NCBI GenBank assembly: GCA_964016885.1
Contig: OZ024742.1
Location: 120,962,001 to 121,026,000 of the forward strand
DNA from: Eledone cirrhosa
Lineage: Eukaryota
Direction: 5' to 3'
Length of the DNA: 64,000 bases
The notes under the pieces were generated by a model. That model worked only from the letters and a program-made list of their open reading frames with translations. It ran no database searches and was not told the DNA's origin. Below are positions 11,753 to 23,840 of this stretch, piece after piece. Position 1 is the first letter of the stretch, and each line of letters opens with the position of its first letter. A program made the position numbers and the translations under genes.

Positions 11753-13549
11753 CCATTATGCCAAACCCATGATAACAACCACTTCATTACAGAAGGCAAC
11801 CATCTCTTCAACGAATTCCCTGCTATTATGAACCACTGTCAATTGCAGGCTGCTGGCCAGTTTGATGACCAAACAGGTTTTGTTTAGGTCACTTTTCCTA
11901 AACCCTTCCCATGTGGTATAGGTGAGCAGTGCATCCCCAAAAAGAGCTGCTCAAATGCTCAAGAGTGCACCAAAGCATGTTACTGTTCAGGTTAACAGTG
12001 CAGTGATGATGGGAAAAGACTCGAGCCACCCACGTGTAGATTTGTGACTATGTGTTTCTAACCACTCCAGTTTGCATGTGTCACCACTCCTCCACTGCTG
12101 TAGGACTGGTGCAAAAATATCTCCACATAAAAATGGCAATGTTACGTGCTTTGTTACACATGTAGCATCCACTCCATCCCAACTTCTAGGTGTTCAGTGA
12201 CAAGCCAAGGCAAGATAACAGGACAGTTACTAGGATCACATGTGTTATTGTCATGGAGTTTAAACTCACCAGGGGGTATAGCCATACTCACCACACTTGG
12301 CCAACTGAAGGTTGGTGAGGCTATTTAACCTATAGTTGGTGTGGATGGCTGTTGACCCTGTGGAGTTCATCTGCCCTTTGACAGCTCTTGTTTTTGTGTT
12401 GCTGGGTTTCCACATATACTCCTAGATCAGGGTCTGGTGAGGGAGCTGGTTTAGTTGTCAACCACCCGACTATGAAACAGGTTGTACTGGGTTACATGGC
12501 ACCAGTAGCAGGCAGAGACCTGACCTGACATAATATATATATATATAAACACACAAACATGCATGTATACATATTACATATGTAGGAATATATGCAAAAT
12601 GCATATGAAATTATTATCTGTAGTCAGCAATATCTTACACCCTTTTATCATTCGCATATATGTTTAATATGTTTACATCAAATTCACAAGTTGCAAGGTC
12701 AAGAGCTTATATTCTGACTTTACTTATAAATGCTATCAATACATTTGGTAGATACAGCACAAAGCTTTGTGATAAAACATTCTGCAGTACCGTTTAACAC
12801 CATGAAAAGTATTGGACACAAAGAAATATTATGGTCCAGTGGTTTCCCTGATATAACTTTGATAAATATTTGAAAAGTATATTCAAAATGAGAATTATAT
12901 ATGTACATAATTTATGTCATATTCCTAAATCTACTGAAAAGTAACTTCCTGAGAATATCAATGACTTCAATGGAAATCAATATTCACAAAATTAATCTCT
13001 CCACATCACTCTTCTCTCTCTCATCATAGTCATTTTAATGTCTGCTTTCCCTGCTAGCAAAGTTTGAACAGATCTACATAGACCAAATCAGTACTGAAGC
13101 AGAGCCACTGATCTCTCAGGCAGGCCAGGGATCTGTGTCTTGCTGTATGTACAGTTGACGCTCCACTGAGTGTGCAAGAGAGGTTGTCATGTCTTTGACA
13201 CAACTGAGGGTCCTCCGCCTCTTTTGTTTGACAAGATTTCTAGAGCTGGATACCCTTTCTACCACCAACTTTACAGAGTGTACTGTGTGCATTTATTGTG
13301 TAGATCACCTATACTAGGGAGGCTGTCATGCCTTTGACATGGCTGAAGGATTCTCCCAACCGTTTGTTTGTTTAGCCCTCACAGCTGAATGCCCTTCTCA
13401 TCACCAACCACTTCATGGGAGTAGGGGGGCAGCTGTTAGGAATGGGAGGGAAACGTGTGTGGTGGGGGTTGAAGCAGTAATGTTGAGAATAAATGTTAGG
13501 AAGTGCTAGTTGAGGAGGGTGCATGGGGGTATGTCAGGTCACATTGTAT

Positions 13550-13990
13550 ACTGCAGGTCGGGTCTTCCTCAACACTGTATAGCTCCATCCCTCGCGGTCT
13601 TTAGTCATTTCTGTTATGAGGTTTGTTTTTTAAGGTCAGTTTTCACAACCTCATCTCATCTCATGTCTTCCTTGGTCTGCCTCTTCCACGAGTCCCAGTC
13701 ACTGAGGTTTCTCTGCATTTCTTAATGCAGCTGCTATTTTCCATGCATATCATATGTCGATACCAATACAGTCTTCTCTCTTGCACACTATATCTAATTC
13801 CTCTTATGTCAAAGTTTTCCCTCAATTTGCTTATGCTATGTTGCTCATAGACACTAACATTACACATCTATCAGAGCATACTCAACTCATTTCTTTCTAA
13901 CCTCTGCTGGTCTTCTGCAGTCAAGGCCCATATTTCACTGCCATATAGCATAGCTGTTCACACTCAGGCATCATAAATTGCTTCACATTA
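13550..13990 (-). mobile_element. RTE LINE 3' fragment
   Basis: MCNVSVYE...VQERRLYWYRHMICME...RGRGRPRKT. Confidence 0.85.
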
Positions 13991-14079
13991 ATCTGTAAAG
14001 TCATACTAACACTATACATCAAAAACATGACAATTAAAAACCTTCTCCATAACAAACTACAAACATATTATTTTCTATG

Positions 14080-14990
14080 TTTTATTGCACAAATGTCAAT
14101 ACTTTATAGGATTTATCAAATGTTGCTTTATATTGGATATATAAAGGAAGGGATAATTAATTTCAACCGAACTCTTAAATTCTCCACTTGACTTATACAC
14201 AATGAAAATTGTTTACATTTTATTTCTATATTCTTAAGTTGCATCTTTCTAGTATTTCATGCACATGAAAGGACAATACATGATGAATATTTAACACAGG
14301 TCTAATGGAGACTATTCAGTTTGAAATATAAAAAATAATATTTTAATGTTACCTTAGGTTGCAAACTAAGAGTGACACCCAGATTATATTACAAAATATT
14401 TTACTTTTCTTGTTCTTTTTTATACACATACACACACACTCTCTCTCTCTCTCCTTCTTTCTCTCTCTCTCACTCTCTTTCTCTCTGTCTCCCCCTCCCC
14501 CTCTCTCTCTTTCTCCTTCTCTCTTTACAACAAAAACTGTATGTGTGGATATATGTGCATCTTCTTCACCCTCTTATTCCCGAGAGGGTCGTGCGAGCAG
14601 AGTCCTTTAACACTCCTTCCAGTGGGTCCTGTCAGAAGAAACCATCTCCAACTGATTTAGCTGGATCCCCAAGCGAGACCAGCCAAGTTTATGGATGTTA
14701 TCCAACCATCTTGCTCAGGATCTACCCCTAGGTCTCCTGCTGAGTGGTTTTGCCTGTAAAATCTGTCCAGTGATTCTTTCCTGAAACATTCTAACCATAT
14801 ACCCATAGTGTCGGAGCTGTGATCTCTCAATGGAGTGACTCTCTGATCTCCGAGCTATACACTCTATTGAGAAACATTACTCCAAAGACCCTTTAACTGC
14901 TTGTATTCGCGATCATATTCTTTTTGTCATTACCCAAGATTCGTGACCATAGTTGATAGTTGACATGAATACTGAATTGAAGATAACAAG
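14080..14990. repeat. Arm 1 of a ~0.9-kb inverted duplication (partner 21860-22795), including an RTE 3' fragment (~14560-15080, minus)
   Basis: Direct reverse-complement match; ORF-track peptides 14372-14731 and 21964-22504 correspond. Confidence 0.9.
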
Positions 14991-15270
14991 TTTGGCTTTT
15001 ATGCTTACCTCCCTTCTTCTTATTACTGAATGCTGAAGCTGGGGCATTACTGCACCAGCTCCTGACATTCTTGCACTTAATTCAGTAAAGAAGTTCTGCT
15101 ATCTGCATTGTTGATTAGTATAGGCCTGATAACATTACACATGTTATAAAACCAACAACCACGAAGTACTTTAAGAAGTTGATAAGAGCTTTGTCAGAAA
15201 GGAAAAGGCCTATCTCAAACATTTGAACCATTACAATTGTCATCATCATAGTCAAAAGTGGCCAACAATG

Positions 15271-15447
15271 TGGCTAATTATACTAAGTATAATTATACTA
15301 AGTATATACTAAGTATAATTAGTAATTAGTAATTAGTATAATTAGCCAAGTTACCACCTTGGCTAATTATACTTAGTATAATTATACTAAGTATAATTAT
15401 ACTAAGTATAATTATACTAAGTATAATTAGCCAAGGTGGTAACTTGG
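15271..15447. repeat. Quasi-palindromic 15-bp tandem/inverted array
   Basis: Unit ATTATACTAAGTATA; GCCAAGTTACCACCTTGGC (15345) is the inverse of GCCAAGGTGGTAACTTGGC (15430). Confidence 0.85.
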
Positions 15448-15590
15448 CAGAGTTGTTAGAGTGTCGGATAGAATGCTTTGTGGTATTCATTCTGCTTTCT
15501 GAATTCAAATCCCACCAAGGTCCATTTTATTTCATCAATTCAAGGCCAATAAAAAGTACCTGTCTGGTACTGGGATCAATTCTTCCTCTT
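15432..15590 (+). mobile_element. Diverged Nin/Deu-type SINE
   Basis: TGGCAGAGTTGTTAGAG (A box), GAATTCAAATCCC (B box), AATAAAAAGTACC. Confidence 0.65.
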
Positions 15591-17620
15591 TATCTCTTTC
15601 TCACTTCCTTTTTCTCAGTCTTTATCCTTCTCTGGAAGAAATCTGTTGTATTTGGACCTGGAGAGGAGATGGGCTCTGCCAGGTTTAAAGAAATGCCCTA
15701 GAAATGCTGTATGTCAATATGACACTCCTACAACTACCTCAGGAGTTACGAGTCCATACACACATAAATAATTAGCCAAGCAATGAAACACTTGCAACCT
15801 TTTTTAAATTTTTTATTTAGTAGCTTAATCAGAGGAGGGAGAGGGGAAGTTATCCTCACAATGAAGACCTGGCCTGAATGCTTGCATTAGAGCAGAGCCA
15901 ACGGAAGATACTGACCACTGGATCATATCCAAACTGATATCAAACTGAAACAATGTTTTCCTTGTGACATTATGTATTCAGGCTAAAACATTTGTCTTGA
16001 ATGATTTTGACACCAATTCTGGCTGTTATACATTTATTTTCTTCCACCATTCTGTTCTATTGATTTGGCTATAACTCTATTTTGTGTTATTTTTATTCTT
16101 CTCATAAGCACTATTCTCTGTCAAATTTCAGAGCCTATTGTGGCTTAACAAAAGAAATATTTATAATAACATAATTAAACAATATTATGATATTATGAAA
16201 TGCCTGCTCTTTATATCACCAGTAAAAACCAATTATTTCATTCTACATTAATCACTTATAATGAAAAACATTAAAGTATATAAAAAAAAACAAGCTGTTT
16301 CCATAGACTTGCAAGATCATGGTTTCATTTGTTATTCACTTTGGCCTGCAAGATATAAAAACATTTTCCACCAGGTCTGCCCCCTAAAAGGTTTGCTTGA
16401 TCCCAGCATAGACTATTAAGCAAGCTCTTTTAATGCAGGTAATCTGGAGATTTGAACCCAAATCTGAAATAATCTTTTATTTAACAAGTATAACACTCCA
16501 CCTGTCTGTTGATAAGCATTTCTCATAACATCTTATTTTTTTAATAATCTTGGACACCATGTATTATGATACATGTCACGAGTTGGTACCCACAAAACCG
16601 AGAAGCAGAAAATGAACTAATACCAATTATTAGTAGACAGATTCTTTTGTGCACCAATTGCTGCTTGCTTTTACCAAACCAATTGGGAGTTATGCCTGGG
16701 AAAGGAGCACTGTACTGTGGCTGTTTTTCATGGTAATGCTTTTACCCTTTTGTCCATGCAGTTGTGTAGCTGGTATATACTGTTCAACAGAAGGTGTGGG
16801 GGTTTGCTTAGAAATGCTCTGAGATCAAATCACACTTGTGATAATCCTGACATCCATTCCTCTAGAGCCAATAATACAAGTAACAGCTGAAAACTTTATT
16901 GCTTCTCCTTTTTAATAATTTTTTCATGAATTATTTTAATTTTACAGGTCTTAATTTACTAGTAAAACTATTCTCATAACTAAATATTTCCCTGTCTGAA
17001 CAGTCTAGTTTGAGAATTTTGACATGATGAACATTTTTTAATACTGATATATCCTGTAAATTAAGAAATAAGCTTTACCTAATGAAAAGAAGTCAGAGGC
17101 TTACTCTTTTGAAAAATGTTTTATTATATAACAATGGGTGTGTTTTCTTTACAAAACCCCAAACTTGATATTTTCTATTTCATATTTTCAACGCTTCAGC
17201 AGGCACCTACATTTGTACTATATAGACTGTATGTTGTCTCTTAAATCAATTAGAACATTGAGATATATCAGTGACCAGAATGGTAGGTAGAAAATAAAAT
17301 TACCTCACACATACGATCACCACACACACTTTACACAATCTGCATTTACAAACCCTAGTGAATTCTTAATGATTATATCATGTGATATCCGGGTTATGGG
17401 CTTAGTGTAGGTTTTATCTTGGTGTATACTTGCATAAACATACAAAACATTCACATACACACACACAATTAAATATATGTATATGTGTATACATGTGCAT
17501 ATGTGTGTATGTGAGTATGTGCATTCATGCATGTGTATGTGTATATGTGTGTGTGTGCGGGGTATGTATAGAACAATGAAAAAAGACATAAGTCAGAGGT
17601 AGGTAGTTAATTAGTTCATT

Positions 17621-17750
17621 GTTTTACGATCATTTCAGAGGGTCGATTGATCTTGGAAAATCGATATATCAACTAGCCTGATGGTGGTTATGCTACTACC
17701 CATTTCTAGTCTCAAAATTCCTGTTTGATCGACCGTCCTCTTCAGAAAAC
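17621..17750 (-). ncRNA. Degenerate type I hammerhead ribozyme with long stem II
   Basis: Minus strand: GUUUU-CUGAAGA-GGACGGUCGAU...AUCGACCCUCU-GAAA-UGAUCG-U-AAAAC. Confidence 0.55.
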
Positions 17751-17979
17751 CGGGAGGAATACTATAAATATATATACATTCGTATACATCATTATTTTGT
17801 TGTATGTATAGTTTGTGCCTTCGGTTGGTTATCTTGGTGTCACATTTTGTAACTATGGTGTTTAACTCTGGATTTAATGTTTGTTTTTAACTTTCAATCC
17901 ATTGAGTGCTCTTTGATTGCCTCAAAACGAATTGAATTGTACATGCTGTACTGCAGCTAAAGTTCGATTTACAAATATT

Positions 17980-18138
17980 CGGACGCCATGCTTTCCAGCA
18001 TAGTTATGTCCCTTTACGGTCTGAGTTCAAATCCTGTCGAGGTTAACTTTGCCTTTCATCCGTACTTGGTCGATAAAATAAAGTACCAGTAATGCACTGG
18101 GTATTTGCTGATCTTGTGCCAAAAGTAGAAACAATTAT
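17980..18138 (+). mobile_element. Nin/Deu-type SINE (5'-truncated)
   Basis: GAGTTCAAATCC...GCCTTTCATCCGTACTTGGTCGATAAAATAAAGTACCAG. Confidence 0.8.
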
Positions 18139-18384
18139 TTATATACATATTTATATACACACACACACATATATACTTTATTATATATATATATATATAG
18201 TATTAATTATACTATTTATGGTTATGTAAATACAAAAACCTTTTGCAGTTCTATATATTTTTTATACAAACCCTAAATAGTGGTAGGCAGTAATATATTA
18301 CTACCTTATTACCAGTAAGTTAAGTAGCTCAATGTAAAAACATCAGATGATTTACAGAGCAGTATATATATATATACTATTAAT

Positions 18385-18659
18385 AATGAGTTCAAAACTC
18401 AGGTAGTCCTTTACAATGAAATAGCTCAAAGAAAGAAGTATTTCTGAGCCGTGTATTACACGGCTCAGAAATTATTTGTCCAAGCACCACGACCATTTGC
18501 CAATATACTTTGTTTTTATTGATTTATTATTTTAAATCGAGACAGGCAAACTGTATTATTATAATTAGTATTTTTCAATCTAGCTAACTTAGTCATTTAC
18601 AATACAAACACGGATATGTTGGTATTTGTGTTTATCAAATATATTAATTTATATTAACT

Positions 18660-18662
<3 letters not shown>
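18385..18662. repeat. Unclassified repeat between (TA)n tracts, with a perfect hairpin
   Basis: Homologous to 9815-10430; hairpin ATTTCTGAGCCGTGTA-T-TACACGGCTCAGAAAT at ~18440-18472. Confidence 0.7.

Positions 18663-18751
<89 letters not shown>
18663..18751. repeat. (TA)n microsatellite
   Basis: Direct observation. Confidence 0.95.
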
Positions 18752-18754
<3 letters not shown>

Positions 18755-18929
18755 TATATATAAATAAATATACACGGGTGTGTATGATTGTGTATAGAAG
18801 ATTATATTAATAAAAGGAATTCCAACTTTGTCTGATTTACTCGTTTTATTTACAATCCTTTAAAATTAGAATGATATTATAATGATGGTAGAATAAGTAT
18901 GGTAGAATATTAAATGTTAAGTGTTAATT

Positions 18930-18966
18930 GAACAAGTACTTTCATGCTTTCGCAATCTTCAGGTTC
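18930..18966 (-). ncRNA. Minimal type I hammerhead ribozyme
   Basis: Minus strand: GAAC-CUGAAGA-U-UGC-GAAA-GCA-U-GAAA-GUAC-UU|GUUC. Stem I GAAC/GUUC, GNRA-capped stem II, palindromic stem III. Confidence 0.7.
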
Positions 18967-19780
18967 CTATTGAGTGGTGACAGTCAAGTTTGCAATTTTC
19001 ACCTATATATATATATATGTTTTTCTTTGGTTTATATCTGTTTTTCTTTGGTTTTGTTCCATGTGATGGAAATTATGACTGTGTACCAGATTGACTACTG
19101 CCTTGAATACTGTAGTTTACTCTCCGTTCTAATGTACGGCACTATCGTTCAATATGTGGATAGTGTAACTGTGACATTGGAACCCCTCTCAGAACTTCTT
19201 ACTTAAACATCTCTCTCCATATTATTTACTCACTTCAGTCTATGTTTTTTTACTCACCTCAATCCGGATTCTCACTTGAAACATTTTTTAATTTCTAATT
19301 GTTAATTTTTTAATTATTTAATTTATAATTTTTTATTTGGGATTTTAATTTTTATTTCCAACTCTCACTCATAACTTCCAATGTAAAACCATGATACCTA
19401 GAATTAAGTATATTTTCTCTTGGGAGTTGATGGTTAGTCGTACTGTCCATGCTTGGTGAGAGGTAGTATTGTGACCTGTAAAAACAAACACTCTCCCATC
19501 CCCTCTGGCTTTCGGCTGACTGCCACAGGGTAGCAGTAAACTATGGTACAGGTCTAAATGGGTCATTGTTTGGCTGAGAGGGTGAACTGACTAAGCGAAT
19601 TTCGTTGAAATCTGCCGTAGCTAATGGTCAACTTCCTTCGGACATGCGCCTGCGCAGACTGGTGGGGGTGAATTGGTACTCACAGGGGAACGGATGAAGA
19701 ACCAAAAAGCACACACTTTGTCCGTTCCCATGTCGATTCAACTTGGATTGCCTTGGAAACATAACCTTATTATATAACAA

Positions 19781-19854
19781 GCTGTCTGATGATGTCACGA
19801 CACTCGCACACAGAACAGTGTGGCCAGTGTCGTCATTGAAATATATATCACAGC
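19781..19854 (+). ncRNA. Type I hammerhead ribozyme (PLE pseudo-LTR type)
   Basis: GCUGU-CUGAUGA-..ACGACACU..ACAC/GUGU..AGUGUCGU..-GAAA-UAUAUA-UC|ACAGC. Stem I GCUGU/ACAGC, palindromic stem III; base of stem II is decayed. Confidence 0.75.
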
Positions 19855-19931
19855 ATTATTATTAACGGACTTGAACATCTGAAACTACTTCGCTTTTACT
19901 TATTCGATATTCTATATATATATATATATAT

Positions 19932-20330
19932 AGTAGAAATAGTGGACACCTTCCGTTACCTGGGTGACAAAATCAGCAGTGGTGGAGGGTGTTCCGAAAG
20001 TACTGTAGCTAGAGTCAGAACGGGATGGAAAAAGTTCAGAGAGCTTATACCACTATTGGCCGCTAAAGGTTTCTCTCTAAAAATAAAAGGCAGGCTGTAT
20101 GATGCCTGCATACGAACAGCGATGTTACATGGCAGTGAGACATGGGCCTGGTGTGCAGAAGATCTACGCAGACTGGAGAGGAACGAAGTTTGCATGCTCC
20201 GTTGGATGTGTAATAGTAATATACACGAACGGCAAAGCATAAATGAACTAAGTGAGAAATTAGGAATAAGAGGGATCAGATGTTGTTTACTCGAGAGAAG
20301 ACTATGTTGGTATGGTCACGTGATGTGCAT
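19932..20330 (+). mobile_element. RTE LINE ORF2 fragment
   Basis: DTFRYLGD...RVRTGWKKFREL...MLHGSETW...ERRLCWYGHVM. Confidence 0.9.
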
Positions 20331-21600
20331 GCGTTGCCTCAGGTGATGGCGAGGCTGATGCGCTGAAACAACCAAGCGCCCTCGCGAGATTCGCCAGTTG
20401 CCTCTATTAGGTGAGCAGCCAGTGAAGAGAGGAACCTCACAGTCAGCGGCCCGACTCCCCCAAACGTCTCGAAAGCCACGGGCTGAAAAATGTAGCTAGC
20501 CGACAGATCACAGTATTTGAAGGTCTTACTCTGCTCGGCTGCAGAAGCTGTGGCTCTCGTCCTAACCGCAGCATCCAGGATGTGGGAAAGAGCAAAAGTG
20601 TCACTAACAGTGACGTCCTAGACAAGGCACCTGCCTCTCGACCAGGGGCATAGGGTAAGACCATCAGGTCTTTTGCTGTCACTTCTGGACAACCCAGATG
20701 GTTCCAAGACTGAGGGAATATTCGCCCGGGCCAAAGCTCTCTTCAGAATGAGGTTTAGCTCCGTGTGACGCGCGAAGCGGACGGCATTCAGGCGGCTAGA
20801 AAGACCGTGGAGGCCTGTGGAGTTGAGGAGTTTGCCGCAAGAGCACCTCAAACCCATGCAGACGTCAGCTCCCCCTCTGAGGGCGATGGAGACACGAAGT
20901 TCATCCAGGCTGAGTAGGCCACCAATGTTGGCCACGGGTAGGGCATCAACCCAGTCACCTGAGTATTTGGCGCTGGCAGATAGTAATGCGGCACCTTGCA
21001 AACTGATCTGACTGGACGAAGAGGGAGTCGAAGGTGGCCTTCGAACTTATGCTGTCCCAAGTTCTCTGACTTCGACTGTCCTCCACCTTCTCTAGAAGAG
21101 ACAAGCCCAACTCACTCCATTGCTGGAGAGCTTCACCCAACTCCCTGTTGGAACTAGTCCATGTTGGAGAGGAGAGGATGCTGCTCACCAGGGTGGAGCA
21201 AGCATAGGTGGAGGAAAGGAAGCAGGGCAGAGAGAGGGACAAACACTTACGAAGACCAAGACCCCCAAATTGCTTGGGCAACGCAGCCTGATCGCGGGAT
21301 TCTGGAGAGAGTCTAACATTGACCAGGCACTCGAGTCTCTTGAAGATTAGGTCATCGAAGCGTTGGAGGCAGGACGGAAATCTGTGAGAGGGGCTGATCC
21401 TGAGCAGATACAGAAGCTTAGGAATAGACAGGTAGTTCCTGAGTATGAAGAAACCTTGATGGGGTTCGATAACTTTGATATTCCTCAGCAGCTGCTCAAG
21501 GCCAACCATCTTCGATTGGAAGGTTGACTCGAAGGCCAGGTCTGTGATTGGGGCTCCTAAGGAGCACCAAGCCGACGGGGGAGGGACCGCGATGGAAGGG
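20331..21600 (-). mobile_element. CRE-clade non-LTR retrotransposon remnant (RT C-terminus, zinc knuckle, restriction-like endonuclease)
   Basis: IPKLLYLLR, QAALP..FGGLGLR, CSCG..GLHGLS, RHTELN, LEPSGLSRSDSKRPDG..PWSRGR.LV, followed by FQPVAFETFG and WLFQRISLAI. Confidence 0.85.
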
Positions 21601-21697
21601 AAGGACTCTGCAAACAGGTCGATTAGCTAAATATTATTTTCTTTTTTGTTTAAAAAGAAGTGCCAATATAAAATCTGCACCCTCGCATATATATATA

Positions 21698-21851
21698 TCA
21701 TCATCATCATCATCATCATTTTACGTCCGCTTTTCCCTGCTTGCAAGGGTGGGACGGGAACTGATTCTGGCTTGATTTCTACAGCTTGATACCTTTCCTA
21801 ACACCAACCTCATTTACAGTGAGTGCTGGGTGCTTTTTTTCCATGGCGCCT
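21698..21851 (-). mobile_element. 3' part of the CORE/RTE-tail SINE
   Basis: Matches 733-890. Confidence 0.8.
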
Positions 21852-21859
21852 GGCAGATT

Positions 21860-22368
21860 TTATTCGTGCCAATCCTTACCTATGGTCATGAATCTGGGGT
21901 AATGACTGAAAGAATACGATCGCGAATACAAGGGGCCAAAATGGGGTTCCTCCAAAGGGTCTTTCAAGTACCATTACTCGATAAAGTGCATAGCTCGGAG
22001 ATCAGAGGTAGAGCTGCTAATTCTCTGAATTGAGAGATCACAGCTCTGATACTATGGAGAAGTAGTTTGAATGTCTCAGGAAAAAAACGCTGGGCAGATG
22101 TTATGGGCAAAACCAGACCACAAAAGACCCAGGGATAGACTCTGAGCAAGATGGTGGAATAACATCCATGAGCTTGGCTGGTCTCCCTTGGGGATCCAGT
22201 TGGATCAGTTGGAGACAGTTGCTTCTGATAGGACCCACTGGAAGGAGTGTTAAAGGACTCTGCCCCCACGACCCTCTCAGGAATAAGTGGACGAAGAAGA
22301 TGCACATATATCCACACATACAGTTTTTGTTGTAAAGAGAGAAGGAGAAAGAGAGAGAGGGGGAGGGG

Positions 22369-22439
<71 letters not shown>

Positions 22440-22795
22440 TGTGTATGTGTATAAAAAAAAGAACAAGAAAAGTAAAATATTTTGTAATATAATCTGGGTG
22501 TCACTCTTAGTTTGTAACCTAAGGTAACATTAAAATATTATTTTTTATATTTCAAACTGAATAGTCTCCATTAGACCTGTGTTAAATATTCATCATGTAT
22601 TGTCCTTTCATGTGCATGAAATACTAGAAAGATGCAACTTAAGAATATAGAAATAAAATGTAAACAATTTTCATTGTGTATAAGTCAAGTGGAGAATTTA
22701 AGAGTTCGGTTGAAATTAATTATCCCTTCCTTTATATATCCAATATAAACAACATTTGATAAATCCTATAAAGTATTGACATTTGTGCAATAAAA
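21860..22795. repeat. Arm 2 of the inverted duplication: RTE 3' fragment (+, ~21860-22300), (GA)n and AT-rich flank
   Basis: Reverse complement of 14080-14990; FVPILTYGHES.VMTERIRSRIQ..MGFL is an RTE motif. Confidence 0.9.
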
Positions 22796-23189
22796 AATAC
22801 TTAATCTGGCCCTGGGGATAACATACTTAATCTGGTGAGTTCTCCCATCTCCCATCTCCCATGTGTTTTAATTAATTAAAATTACGTCTGTAATGAAAAG
22901 AAAAACTTACTAACCTACTGGCTTCAATGGGTAATTCCTATCAGGAAAAGCAAGGGAGATAATTCTGAAATACAACTTTTTGTCTGCGTTTTATTTGTAG
23001 GCTCCTTTTTCTCAGTACACTCTCTTCCACCAAACCATGACATGTTTTTACCTTGTTTATATCATCCATTTGCAGTACATATAACCAATTCTCCTACACA
23101 TGCTGACCAATACAATATATCAAGAAGTCTTCCTGTGAACGTGACCTGGGCATTACGGTCAGCAGCGATTTGCGTTGGACGAGGCACGT

Positions 23190-23840
23190 CTCTAAAATTG
23201 TCAAGAGGGCCGAGGGTGTCTTAGCATCACTCAGCAAGACCTTTGTCAGCCGCTCTCCAGATATCTATTTAAGGCTGTATACAGCTATGGTGCGACCACA
23301 CTTATAATTTGCATCACCAGTCTGGAACCCCTATCTTGCTCAGGACATTGACCGCCTGGAAACTGTTCAGAGATGTGCAACCAAGCGAATACCCTCCATC
23401 AGGCATCTACCATACTCTGAGCGCCTTGCTTCCCTGGGCATGGATTCATTGAAGCTCCGACGCCTGGCAACTGACTTGGTAAACACCCACAAAATTGTTA
23501 ACCATCTTGCCAACAACAACCCTGAGTACCTTTTTGATTTCCATGTGTCTAACACACGTGGACATGCCCACAAAGTAAGAAAACAGCACAGTTCCCATGT
23601 CTTTCGGAAACATTTTTTCACGCTCAGAGTTGCTGAAGCATGGAACAAACTACCTGCATCAGTTGTTAGCTGTCGAGACACTGCATCCTTTAAGGCCTCC
23701 ATGCTTCCCGAGATCCGCCAACACTACAGCTAACACATACACACATGTACTTCCCTGACATTTGTGTATTATTCTATGTACTATATTGACGAGTTGTAGT
23801 GCACCTGAGCACTACACAATAATTTCATTATTATTATTAT
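23190..23840 (+). mobile_element. CR1-clade LINE 3' fragment
   Basis: LYTAMVRPHL*FASPVWNP...LETVQR.ATK...YSERL..L...L..RR...TRGH...FFTLRV...WN.LP; 3' stem-loop GTAGTGCACCTGAGCACTAC and (ATT)n tail. Confidence 0.9.

Noticed and set aside
11752-12530. GC-richer segment adjoining the PLE, possibly a retroelement 5' region
   Set aside because: No interpretable ORF, termini or second copy in the window.
22797-22823. Resemblance to the U1 snRNA 5' end (ATACTTACCTGG)
   Set aside because: Several mismatches, no U1 stem-loops or Sm site; better explained as a junction duplication.
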